The translations under genes were made by a program, and so were the position numbers. The notes under the pieces are model-generated. The model was not told the DNA's origin, made no database searches, and worked only from the letters and a program-made list of their open reading frames with translations. Below, piece by piece: positions 51,486-62,558 of a DNA stretch of 64,000 bases (positions are counted from its first letter, which is position 1; each line of letters starts with the position of its first letter). Source of the DNA: Pelomyxa schiedti (Eukaryota; Protista; Evosea); the NCBI GenBank assembly GCA_020536535.1, contig JAHLWZ010000792.1, positions 153,031 to 217,030 on the forward strand, written 5' to 3'.

Positions 51486-54132
51486 TTAATCACTTCTGCT
51501 GGTACTCCCAGGGGAGACCGAGAGGCACAAGGCGTCGTCTGAGAGTGTTGTTGTGATTGTGAGAGGTTGCGTTGCGGAAAGTGGCTCATTGAGCAGGAAC
51601 ACGGCCTGTGAGCCTTGAGGAAATGGTGTGCTGCCCTGCTGGAGCTGCGGCGGTGCACTGGACCAATGCGGTAATGGTGTTGCGCAAGAGGAAGAAGAGG
51701 AGGGACTGTGCAAGTGCGAGGGAGGCGGGAATTCTACCCAGAGTAAGAGGCCGTGCGTGACTGGTGGTGGTAAGGAACGCGGTGATGAAGATGGCGCTGT
51801 GGTGGAATGTTGGTTGTTTGATGGTGGGAATGGGGCGAGATGAGCAGTGCATGTGTACGGGACTCCGGTGGGTGAGGTGAGGTCAAGGTGCATAAGGGCA
51901 GTTTTACCGGAGGTAATTTTGAGGCTGCGATGGAAGGTGTATGCTTGGGTTGTGAAAAGCTGCGGCGGGGGCCGAAAAAGTTGTTTGGAATATCGCTTCA
52001 GGTGAACGCCCTCAACAGAGTCAACGGGTCGCGAGTACTCCCACAACGATGTGCACTCAAAGGAAACCCCGAATATGGTTGCGGAAACGGGATGTACTTG
52101 ACGGGACGTATTCGGTGGTAATCTGTTGTAATTTGTTGAGTAATTATATCGTTAATTCTAGGCATACTGGGCCAGAACTTCTTCAAGAAGCGCCCAGTAG
52201 CACAACGTGTGATACAAATCCCATTCTCCGGCCAACTCATCAAAGTACGGTTCACTCCTGCCGTGAGTTAGTTTGAGCGAGGGGGCTTAGGCTTAGAGTC
52301 GTACCATATTTCTGAAAAATCCCCCTCGAGTGTGGGCAGTATTTCCTCTCCCCACAACATCTGTAGGTGAGATGAGATAACTAAAGTGAAGTGAGGGTTT
52401 TCTTACTTGGACTCTTCCATGGTGACAATTCGGAACAAAGTGGGCAATCGCCGAAGCAGAACCTTCAGATGATACAATTACAGCTGCACATTTAGAGTGG
52501 GTGAATGCAGCCTGTAGAAGCTACTAGCAACAATAGGTGGAATGAAGAAAGGCAGGAAAATAAAGACAGAAGAAAGAAAACATGACGGAATCAAAAGGTG
52601 GGGGCCTGTACTTAAGCTACTGTGGGGTCTCACTTCTAGAATGTGAAGAATCAGAGACAAGGAATCTCCAAGCACAAGCAGTTTCGCGATTGACGGATTT
52701 GGGGACGGAATAGTTGAAACCCAGGATTTCACAATCTGCCAGTGGGCATTTTGCTGGGCACACCGTTGTGGCGGCCACACAGAGGGAGGACCGTAGCAGT
52801 CTGGGCCTTCTGAGCTCAGCCAGACATGAATTGAGTCCTCGTCATGGCTTGCGTGAATAACAATTTCCTCTCCTGTTTTGATTGAGTCCGTTTCTAAGGC
52901 CGTTAATGCACACCGCAATGAACGATATGGGGTTTTTGTAGATAGTATACAGCCTGACGCCAATGATCGGGAGGTGGTGAGCCGGGACATGTATCAAGTA
53001 GGACTGTACCATCCGACGTCATTTGAGCTACCCACCATGTCAAAATACAGTGCGCAGTGCCTGATGCTGCAGCAGTCTGTAACTAGTTAGTATAACAGAG
53101 ATTTAAGGATACCTACACAGGTAATGGTAGTGGAGCTGTTAAGAGCAGGATTTTGGAAATCGTAAGCGAACACAGAGAAATCTTCTGTCAAGGGGATTCT
53201 GTGCCCAAGTGAATGACGTAGTCGATGGAGAAGAAGTTTACAAGTCAGGTTGGTCCAAGAACCAAGACGCATGAACGCTTTCTCCCTCTTGTTGTTGACT
53301 CAGCCTTGAACCCAATACAGCACTACAACTCTGTCCAGGAAAAGATGCAGTAGAGGTAGTTGGAGATGCTGGAGTTTCAGAGAACCTTATGCCTCCACGT
53401 TCCCACAGACTTCTACATTGTAAGACTTTCCCATACACAACAGCTGAGCAAGGAATTGATTTAAAATGCGGAGCAGCTAGGTTGTCTGCTGCATGTCGCA
53501 TTGTCTTAAGTACCCCTTCCCCAATCAATCCGGTGTCAAGCAACTCTCCTAGAAGGCATTAGGGAAAGTTAAGGGAAACCCAACTAGCAAATATACTACC
53601 AACTATAATATCAGGGTGCACGGGTAGATGTTCTCCCAAATTTTTAGAGTGCACTGGGATCAAAGTAATGATTTCAGACAGAGAATTTTCATCAATAGTT
53701 TCGTGCGCTACAACGGCTTCCCTTGTGTCCACTTCACATGCCTTGGAAGGGAAATTGGAGACATTATTTACGCTAAGAAAGAAAGAACGAACAAAACACA
53801 CGAAAACAGAAGCAGCATGTGCATTCGCGCAAAGGCACGCTAACAACCCAGACCCAGTCCCAATATCCAAGCATATGGATTTCCCAGGTATCACTTCTTT
53901 TTCAATAGCCTTTCTGTACTAACACAGGTTATGGGTCGGCAACAAACAGCAACAACAAACACAACAAAAAAAAAAAAAAAAAAAAAAAAAGCGGTGCACG
54001 CACGGCCTTGTTGCGTTTAACGTCGCGTAGCATGTCAAAGTGATAGAAGTATCTGTTCCACAAATCCTCTTCGTCTTCCTCTTCCCCTTCACCTGAATCT
54101 ACATCCTCATCTTCGCCGCCGCTTCGCTTCAT
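51486..54132 (-). CDS. PRMT7: Protein arginine N-methyltransferase 7-like
   Basis: HFDMLRDVKRNKA, CLDIGTGSGLL, ACEVD, ELLDTGLIGEG and HDEDSI, followed by a degenerate second domain. Confidence 0.8.
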
Positions 54133-54360
54133 CGTAATTCCAATTTCCCGCGATCCCCCCGAAACTAAGTTGGTGGTCTGTTTTCAAACGAAAACACGGG
54201 AATGCTTCTGGCACTATTGATGGGTTCAGATGTTGGTCTGGCCCTTCGTGCCCCAAAATATCCCGTTCTATAGTAAACTCTGTGGCTTTTTAAGACGTTC
54301 CCGTAGAGACCGAAAACACACAGGAAAAACCCGAAGAAATAGAGAAGAACAACAAAAGCG

Positions 54361-55452
54361 ATGGAGACCAGTACGAGTGTAATAGGGATGGTAGGGGTGG
54401 CACTTGGAATCACATTTCCACTGTGGATGGCTGGCACGTTGTTCCCAGACACAATTGGCCCTGATGGGAAGCCTGTCTCTCACCCTGCTGCAAATCTGTT
54501 GCGTTTCCTGGGTGGAATTGGTGTGTATATTGAACGGCCAGTGGTGTTGGTATTATTATAATAATATGGGTTGTTACGTATGTGCTTTAAATCCTTGGTT
54601 TTTTTTTTTACTGTTAGTGTTTGGTACAATTTTCTCACCTAAACATTTGGAAGGTCCTATAACAAGTGCCATTGTGTTTCAATATTTTGAAAGCGGATTT
54701 GGTGGCGTGAAGGACCTATTGTTTTCTACTTACAGGTTACCTGTGGGATTGACTGTACAGGCACTGCTGTTTGGAGCAATTTTACTGCCGACTTTAGCAA
54801 CAGCACTCACTATGCTGATACCCTCATTTCGCCCAATCAATGGTCAGTTCTCACTACAATTCCTCATAGTAGGATTCATTTTCAGGTTGGTGCTTTGAAA
54901 TGAAACAAATTACTTTGATCTTACCCAAACAACAGCATGATAATTATACCCATGGAGGAAATAGGATGGCGAGGATTCCTCCTGCCTCGCCTATATCACC
55001 TTGTCGTGGATCATCTTTCTGGCACACCCGGTTGCATTCCCTCCACACCTCTGAATGCCGCGATCCTTACCTCCTGCATTATGGGAGTCATTTGGGCCTT
55101 GTGGCACCTTCCCCTCTACTTCCTTTCCCCGCCACACCTCTTCAGGCCAGGAACACCCAACAGAGCAATCAAGATATTGATTGGTGACTTCTCATATGCA
55201 ATTGCATTGGCTGCTGTCTCCCTCCTACAGGGGGTTCTGCTTGGCTATGGTGGGGAATTTCTTTCATCATCAGCAGCAGCAACATCTTCATTTGGAATTC
55301 TTCCAGCAGTTGTGACCCACTCAGCACTGAATGGAGTTGTGGGGTTTGTGATTGGACCTGGGGCTGATGCACAGTTTGGAATGTGGTGGTTTGGCTATGG
55401 CCCAATTTTGGCTGCCCTTGTTCTTGGTTGTGTATGGCAGTCTTGGCTCTGA
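54361..55452 (+). CDS. CPBP (Abi/CAAX-protease type II) family intramembrane metalloprotease
   Basis: MEEIGWRGFLLPRL, IWALWHLP and THSALN motifs within multiple TM helices. Confidence 0.88.
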
Positions 55453-55784
55453 TTATGTGCAACATAATAGAATTCATTGTTACTTTTTTTTTGTGTTGTT
55501 GATGGCTTCTTTGGAACGCTTGATGCATCAAGTGCCAGCCGATTTGACATAGCGAAATTCTGAGAACTTGACATGTTTAGCATCACATTCCAAACATCGA
55601 TGTGGAGTCCCCAGCACACAAAACGAACTCTTGCAAGAGTGCGGGAGTTGGTTGTCCGTTCCCACTTCTTTTTGAAAGAAGTGTTTTGTTACACTGGAGG
55701 TGTCAATCCATTCCAATTGAACAGTGATGTTACGTGAATGCGCATTCTGATTTTTTCAACAATAATCTAATCTAGCACTTGGTA

Positions 55785-58527
55785 ATGACGGCAGCAGCGG
55801 CGTCGGCAGCGGAAATGCGACCGCAGTCACAGGTACTGATGATAACAGACAGAGATCCGTCGGACAACACTTGGGGTGATTCTGTTGTTGTGGCTAGCAC
55901 TTCGGGTACGTCTTTTCGCCTCTCTTGTATAGCTGGTTTTTTTTTTTTTTTGCTGACAACACGGTGCATTAAAGGGTACCCTTGCAAATGGCAGTGGAAT
56001 GTCGAACATGCTGGGATAGCGTTCGAAAGGAAAGCTTTCTCTATGTTGGGATTCGAGTGGCCTGGGTAAGGCAAATTGTCATAAAGCAAGTTTCCTAACT
56101 TTGTCACCTAATTCCCTGTGTAGTGAGAAGAACGAGAAAAATACCGCAAGTTCGGGGGAGACTTCCTCCGCTGTTGACGACGACGATGATGTAGACGGGC
56201 AAAATTTCAAAAATAAGTTCAAAAAGCATTCCAACATTGGCGAAAGCACAAACACGGAAGACTTGTACGAAGTTCTCGGCCTTGGGGAACTGCGATGGCG
56301 TGCAACAGTCGATCAGATTAAATCTGCATGTTGTGAAACAAAGCTTTACAACAATGTCTTACTTTTTTTGTACAGACAGAAAGTTGGTCCTTATCTACCA
56401 CCCAGACAAGAACAAGGGAATGGATGACACTATGTTCAAAGCTATAACTAAAGGTATCCCATTCCTCTAATCCCTTCTTTGGGTTTCTCATTAGTGAAGC
56501 ACATGAAACTCTCACCGACTCGACAAAGCGGCGAGCCTACGATTCTAAGGACAAGATTGAAGTGGATGACTCTATCCCCAGTGACGCTCAAGCTTCTTCT
56601 GGAGACTTCTTCACGTTATTTACTCCTGTTTTTGACAGAAATTCGAGGTAAAAAGTGTGTTGATGGGTGCCGTGGCTAAGTTTCACCAACAGATGGTCAA
56701 TTACTCAGCCAGTTCCTGATCTTGGGAACGAGGACGCCCCTTGGAATGAAATAAAAGATTTTTATGACTTCTGGTTGGTGTAACAATCACGTAATTCAAA
56801 AATCCTGACCAACAATAAGGTATTCCTTCAAGACATGGCGTGAGTTTACCATAACCGATGGTTACGACCCGGATGAGGCTGAAACCAGAGAAGAAAAACG
56901 ATGGATGCAACGGCAAAATGACAAACAGATGCAGAAGTAGTTGCCACAACCACTTCTACAGTAATCTGACTCCCACAGGAAGAAAAAAGAGGAACACGCC
57001 CGAATAATGAAGCTGGTTGAGTTGGCTCATTCCACGGACCCTCGTGTGAAGAGGCATGAAGAAGAGGAGTACAAGATTATAGCAGCTCAAAAGCAGGCCC
57101 GAGCCGAAGAAATTCAGCGTCGCAGACACAAGGTTTCATAAGTCAACCACTTACATCATCATTCCTGTCTCACTGTGAAAAAGGAAGCAGAGGCTGCCGC
57201 TGTGGCACAGAAGGCAAAAGAAGAGAAGGTGCCGCCCAACCTTTCCTTTCTTTAGTCACCATTTCAACCTGCAGCTTTTAACAGCTCGCAGCAGAACGAA
57301 GGAAAGTGAGTTTGGAGGCTGCAGAAGCAGATAAAAATAGGGCTGCACTTAAGCGTCTGGCTAAAGTTTGTAGTCTTCACAATTTCTGTTCTTTACACAA
57401 GCAGGAAAACGGTCTGGGCACGGAGTCTGCCACAATGTTATGTGCAAAACTATTGTCAGCGAAAATTGCAGTGCTGGTTAATGCATTCCACGCAAATGTT
57501 CCAAATGCAATCGAACTTTTCAACTCTGAGGTACATCCCAAAATCTTCAATTCAAAGGGCTGAGTGTTTTCTAGGTCAAAACGTTATTGGAACAAGAAAA
57601 AGCCAAGGCAGCCCTCGAAAACGAAAAAAAGACAGCCACCTCTGTGGCGGAACCTACAAAACCGTGGACTGAACAAGAGTACTCCTTGCTTGCCAGAGCT
57701 GTTGCTCGGTACCCTGGCGGCACTAAAGATCGGTATGCTTGGAAGTTTCCAAGATAATTCTCTAATTCTTTTGTTATAGATGGCAACAAGTTGCAGCTTT
57801 CGTTGGCACTCGTTCCGAACAAGAAATAATTGAAAAAGCTAGGGGGATGTTGAAAGCCAAGGATAGAGGTAAATTCCTTACACAACCCTTCAACTCATAA
57901 TTTATTTAGCCTCGTCTGATGATCCCTATGCACAATTGAAATCCAAGGTGAAAGACCGTCCGATAGCGTCACCACCAACTCAGGTTACAAATCAAACTCC
58001 TTGACGTTGGTTTACATTTTCAGAGCTACGAACGCACAGCGGAGCCGGACACTGCCTCCAGTGCATCAAATTCCCCCTCTGCTGCATCTGTAAAGGATTG
58101 GACTGTTGAGCAACAGCAAGCCCTCGAGCAAGGGTTGAAACTCTACGCCAAGGAGCCAGCAGCAACAAAATGGCAGAACATCTCTACCCTCGTCAAGGGC
58201 AAGTCACCAAATGACTGCTATCAACGCTTTGCATATCTAAGAGACCTCCTGAAAGCCAAGGCAGCAAGTTCTACAACCACGGCAGCCACGTCGCCTTCCG
58301 CCACCAAGCCAACTGCATCAACACCAGCCGCAACTTCAACTTCAACTGCAGCTGCAACTTCAGCACCAACGCCCAAACCGGCCTCAACTCCATCACCTAA
58401 ACCAACTTCAACAGCAGCAACAACTAAAACACCAGCGAGCAGCTCAAATGCAAGCGCCACTACTTCGGCAAAACCAACCCCAGCAAAAGCCCCTGCAGCA
58501 CAAACAACAAAAAAACGTGGGAAATAA
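55785..58527 (+). CDS. DNAJC2: DNAJC2/MPP11/zuotin-like ribosome-associated J-protein with two SANT domains
   Basis: DLYEVLGL...YHPDK J-domain, zuotin homology region (FYDFW, SWREF, REEKRWMQRQN), and SANT repeats PWTEQEYSLL...YPGG and WTVEQQQALEQGL. Confidence 0.93.
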
Positions 58528-58595
58528 AAGAAGCCTCCCATTTCCATTTTCTATTCCAAATCTATGTTCTTCTGTTAAGCACCCTAGAGAGGCTG

Positions 58596-59837
58596 ATGGG
58601 CCAAAGCCAAAGTGAAAGTAAACAACATCGGCCTAAACAAGAAGGACCCAGTCAGCCGCAATGGTGCAGAGTAACCACACCCAAGTCACAAGTGATGGCC
58701 GTTCTCTGCGCCCACGTCGTGGCCAAAAGGCCTGCTACTGCTTCCGGCCACGAAGTCACCTGTGCGGTGCGGTCGGGACCGGCACCGTCGCTGGTGCAAT
58801 GGACACAGACCACGGCGCTTGTGAGAATGTGGGCGGAGGAGTGGGTGCTGTCGACGTGCCAGGACGCGGTATTCAGGCTGCCTATCAGAGACACGTTCCT
58901 GCGCGTGGTCGTGTCTCCCACAATGGGGGTTCTGTCCCACTCGTGGTTCACCCACGCCACGACGAGCGTGTGCGGGGGCCTGGGCCGGGACTCGCTGCTC
59001 GTCAGGACGCACACAACACACAAGTGGGCCACGGAATACTCAGTGATGGACCTGGGGGTGCCGGCGAGTCGCCGTCGTGGCGCCCGTGCCGGGGAGTCGT
59101 TCTTGGGAAACCCCCGGCTGATGTTCTCGCGGGCGCAGCTCAGGTGCAACAGGAAATGGATTGTGGGACTGATGGAGAGTTGCGATGTGCTTTGCATGTG
59201 GAAAGTTGTTGGCGGGGGCCCAGTCGAGCCGGAGCGGAGTATACATGGAATCGAAGCCAGCAATTATTTGCAGTTCTCACCTCAGTGCCTTGATGTTGTT
59301 ATGATCATTTCTGCACATGGCAAGCACTGTGTCATTTTTGTGGACTTGGAAGCCACCTTCAACGTGAAAGAACTGGTTGTTACTTCAAAGGTTCCTTTTT
59401 ATGGGAACTCGCCGGGTGGTTTCCTGTGGATGCCTGATGGCTCCTTGTGTGCACTGCAGTATTGTACTCCTTCTGTTCATCTTTTGGACGCAAATGGAAA
59501 GACAATCAAGGTGTTTCCTCCAAACTCCCAGGCTGTTCCATTTGACCGAACCCACGTCTTTGTCTGTTCTTTTTCGTACCCTACGGAATTCCAGGTTTAC
59601 CGCACTGGGAACAACCTAACCGAACCATCACTTTGTATGCCTTGCACATGGGCATGTTTAAGCAGAGGCAATCAGACAAGCCTAATCGCTTCAACATCAC
59701 ACCAGTATGTGAAAGGCGGAAATATGCATGAGATGCAGTTCACAGTGCACGATGGCGTCACAGGGTGCCATGTCGGCGACTTCAGTGTTACCGTGACTCC
59801 TCCTTTTTTCTTTGACAGCTCTGTGTACCTTTTCTGA
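58596..59837 (+). CDS. Intronless hypothetical protein (413 aa), probable member of a lineage-expanded family
   Basis: Uninterrupted ORF with a possible myristoylation start MGQSQS. No known domain recognised. Confidence 0.75.
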   Translation: MGQSQSESKQHRPKQEGPSQPQWCRVTTPKSQVMAVLCAHVVAKRPATASGHEVTCAVRSGPAPSLVQWTQTTALVRMWAEEWVLSTCQDAVFRLPIRDTFLRVVVSPTMGVLSHSWFTHATTSVCGGLGRDSLLVRTHTTHKWATEYSVMDLGVPASRRRGARAGESFLGNPRLMFSRAQLRCNRKWIVGLMESCDVLCMWKVVGGGPVEPERSIHGIEASNYLQFSPQCLDVVMIISAHGKHCVIFVDLEATFNVKELVVTSKVPFYGNSPGGFLWMPDGSLCALQYCTPSVHLLDANGKTIKVFPPNSQAVPFDRTHVFVCSFSYPTEFQVYRTGNNLTEPSLCMPCTWACLSRGNQTSLIASTSHQYVKGGNMHEMQFTVHDGVTGCHVGDFSVTVTPPFFFDSSVYLF

Positions 59838-59974
59838 TTCCTTGACACAAATGTTCTTGTACATCCCCCTCAACAAGCAAAGAACTTTTCGAACAATGCT
59901 GCACTCTACCATTGTCTCCTAAATAAATACTAGTCTTTTACAAGGCACTTTTTTATACAAAAATTGCAACAAGG

Positions 59975-62076
59975 TCAACAGTAAATCTGTAGCCTCTGAA
60001 CTATGTGGCTTCTGCAAATGGGGCATTGAGTTTTTGTGTAGGAAGCTGAACAGCTACTACACATCACATGCCCACAGGGTACAAACGCAACCTGTGGTGG
60101 CGTAGGCTTCGCCAAACAAAGCGGGCATTCCGCCTTGTTGGCTGACGAAGAAGCTGAGTTCTCTGGGTGGTGATTTCTAGGAGCTGATGGTTGAGGACCC
60201 GGAACTGTGGCTGTGTCTTCAACATACCAGTGTATCTCCGGGAATTGTGACAGGTACTCCGGTTTGGAGAGTTCTGCGAGCAGTGCGTTCTCTTCTGCCC
60301 CCAGAAGAGTGACGCAAAGCTCCAACTTCTCTTTGGTGTCTACGAGAGTATTTTCCTCTGATGGTAATACTTTCCGCCTTCTCATCTTCTTCAGTTCGGC
60401 CTCTACGTCATCAAGTTGGTCTTCAGCCTCCACTCGGCGGTTTCTAACCTGTAGCAAATTTTAGTATTACAGCAAGCATTTCAACAGACTTGGGTGAGCC
60501 GTTCAAGATTGGCTTCAGTTGATTTTTCAACTTGGTGAAAGTGATTGACAAGTCCCTTGAATATATTCAGTTTATCTTCTATCTGTTTATTTGCATTGAT
60601 TTCTCGTTGTGCATCTAACTCAAACTCGTGCATCCTATGCATAGCATCAGTTTTCACTGCCAACGCCCGTTCGGCAATGCTGTTTAGTACACGAATTTCC
60701 TTTTCAAGCAGTTCGTGAGTCCGCTGAATTTGGGTTTCCACCTCTTGGTGCAATTGGGTAAGAGGTTTTGTGAGTCCCACAAGTGTTTCTTGCCCCTGCA
60801 ACAAGGAGTGACCCACAGCGTCAGATGATAAGGGTGAGCCATCGTCACAATTCCGCGACTTCGATAGTAGGTCAAATGCAGCCGAGAGAGCCTGATCTAG
60901 TTCGACTACTGTTGATTTCCGCTGTGAGAGAAGACTAGTGTCCACAGATTTTGACTCCCTGATAGATTTCTGAAATGTATCCAATTTATTTTGCAGAGCA
61001 GATACGTTTTCTAGTGTAGCATCAAGTGCGGCACTGTGTGTGGCCAGTCTGTCGGTTTTCTTTAAGCGACCTGAGGTTGCCAAGTATTTCTCACCCGTTT
61101 GAGCAATATCTTGCAACGTATGAGAGAGGTTACGGCACATTTCTTCTCGGGCAACAGTTTTCTCACTTAAAGTATATTGTAACACACCCAGCGTCTCCAG
61201 TTGATTTGCCACCCCAGTGAGTTTTGCAATGGTTGGCCACACGTTTGGCTGCTGTGCGGGTGTTTGAATAGGGTGACCACTAGCCACTTTAACGAGGTTT
61301 GCACTTGAAGTTGCGATTGTATTTGTGGTAGAAATGGAATGCAATTTGGTGTTTGCAGTTGCAGTAGCCGCAGTTGCAGACGGAATTGGCGTGGCAACAG
61401 AAGAATGTGAATTTGTAGAAGTAGCAGAGTCAACTCTGCTGGGGACTGGCCGCCTCTCAATGTTTTTGAACCACACCAACTCAGGCATCGGTGAGCTCAA
61501 GTGAGCCAGCGTCTTGTCGAAAAGTTCTATTGTTCCATGAATAATCGCGCACGCCGGGGCCGTGTTTGGGTGACTGGCCCTCGCAGTGTAAAAAGTGACA
61601 AAGTTAGAGTCCACGGCGTCGGCGGCAGTCATCGGCACAAACAGTGCCGAAAAGTCGATGAACTTTCGGCGCAGCCCGGCCACGCAGCCCGCGGCGCGGG
61701 CCTGGGCCGCCTCCAAGGCAGCCAGCTCGGCGAGGGAGGCGGCGGCGCCGGGCGCGCACATGGCCTGGCACTCGCGCTTGAGGGCGCCGGTGAGGGAGAC
61801 CAGGGCGGCGGCGGCGACGTCGGCGGCGAGCTGCATGGTGGTGCGGCACTCGAGGGCGTAGCACTGGGGGCCGCGGTTGCCCGCGTCGTGGGTGGCGATG
61901 CCCACGCCGTTGGCCGCCGCGCCGAGGGCGTTGCTGCGCGCGGGGGTGTGGGTGTGCGGCCCGGGGAGGCGCAGCGAGCCGATCTGCGCGGCGATGTGGT
62001 CCAAGGTGGCTGCCTCTGGGAGTACGAGGGTGGTGAATGCCAAACGGGCTACACCCAGGGCTGGCTGGTTGGCCAT
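59975..62076 (-). CDS. Coiled-coil protein with C-terminal C3HC4 RING finger (putative E3 ligase), two exons
   Basis: The 531-aa ORF splices (intron about 60489-60449, phase 0) to an exon ending CPLC...PCGHVMCSSC...CPICRSHIVQRLQIYC*. Confidence 0.85.
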
Positions 62077-62194
62077 CTCGCGGGAACGGGAAAAAGAAAG
62101 GGTTGATAAACTTCACCGAAAAGAACCGGGCAGGACAACAACATCGGAGGCCTCACTACCACAATGGCCCACGATATAATTCATACCAGAGAAT

Positions 62195-62203
62195 AAAAAA
62201 AAA
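62195..62203 (-). terminator. Oligo-T (T9) putative Pol III terminator of the permuted tRNA-Asp unit
   Basis: A9 on the plus strand, about 28 nt downstream of the 5' half on the minus strand. Confidence 0.6.
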
Positions 62204-62231
62204 GAAGCAAGTGGTTGCACTAGGTGAAACT

Positions 62232-62311
62232 AGACATACTACCATTATACTAGCAGAGGAAGGAAAATCCCTCTGCCTGGGAATCGAACCCAGATCGTCT
62301 GCGTGACAGGC
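62232..62311 (-). tRNA. Circularly permuted tRNA-Asp(GTC): 3' half 62311-62269, 9-nt spacer, 5' half 62259-62232, junction 29/30
   Basis: Joining the 5' half to the 3' half gives CCTCTGC-TA-GTAT-AATGGTA-GTAT-G-TCT^GC-CTGTCAC-GCAGA-CGAT-CTGGG-TTCGATT-CCCAG-GCAGAGG-G. This has a 7/7 acceptor stem, 5/5 anticodon stem, 5/5 T stem and G73. Confidence 0.8.
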
Positions 62312-62439
62312 GATGCATCACCACAGTTGTTTGGATTTGTTGTTATGAAGCACTTGCCGAAAGAAGCCCCAGTGAGACGGTTCTTTTTTGGTCTGAAAAA
62401 TACCCGGCAGTGACTTATGGGAGCACACCGAAGAGGGAG

Positions 62440-62446
62440 AAAAAAA
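62440..62446 (-). terminator. Oligo-T (T7) putative Pol III terminator of the permuted TTG tRNA unit
   Basis: A7 on the plus strand, about 32 nt downstream of the 5' half and at an equivalent position to the other copy. Confidence 0.6.
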
Positions 62447-62478
62447 CCACACAGCAAGTGGTTGCACTCGGTGAAACA

Positions 62479-62558
62479 AGCTGTACTTACCATTATACTA
62501 ACAAAGGAGAAAGCCTCCCCTGTCTGGGAGTCGAACCCAGATCTGCCGAGCCAAATTC
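62479..62558 (-). tRNA. Circularly permuted tRNA with TTG anticodon (nominally Gln; His/Asp-like body): 3' half 62558-62516, 8-nt spacer, 5' half 62507-62479
   Basis: Joined sequence CCTTTGT-TA-GTAT-AATGGTAA-GTAC-A-GCT^GA-ATTTGGC-TCGGC-AGAT-CTGGG-TTCGACT-CCCAG-ACAGGGG-A. All stems pair (three G-U in the acceptor and anticodon stems, one more in the D stem). A32 and G37 are atypical for Gln. Confidence 0.65.

Noticed and set aside
62214-62231. Trailer TCTAG-TTTCAC-CTAG read as a tRNA-Glu or TCA anticodon arm
   Set aside because: The loop is only 6 nt and it does not pair with positions 39-43 of the 3' half. It is better explained as a trailer pairing with the leader.
62269-62507. Alternative model: one linear tRNA-Asp made of the upstream unit's 5' half (62507-62479), a 167-nt intron and the downstream unit's 3' half
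   Set aside because: It creates a G27-A43 mismatch and extra G-U pairs, leaves two orphan halves, and a T7 terminator (62446-62440) lies inside the supposed intron. Within-unit pairing shows compensatory changes.
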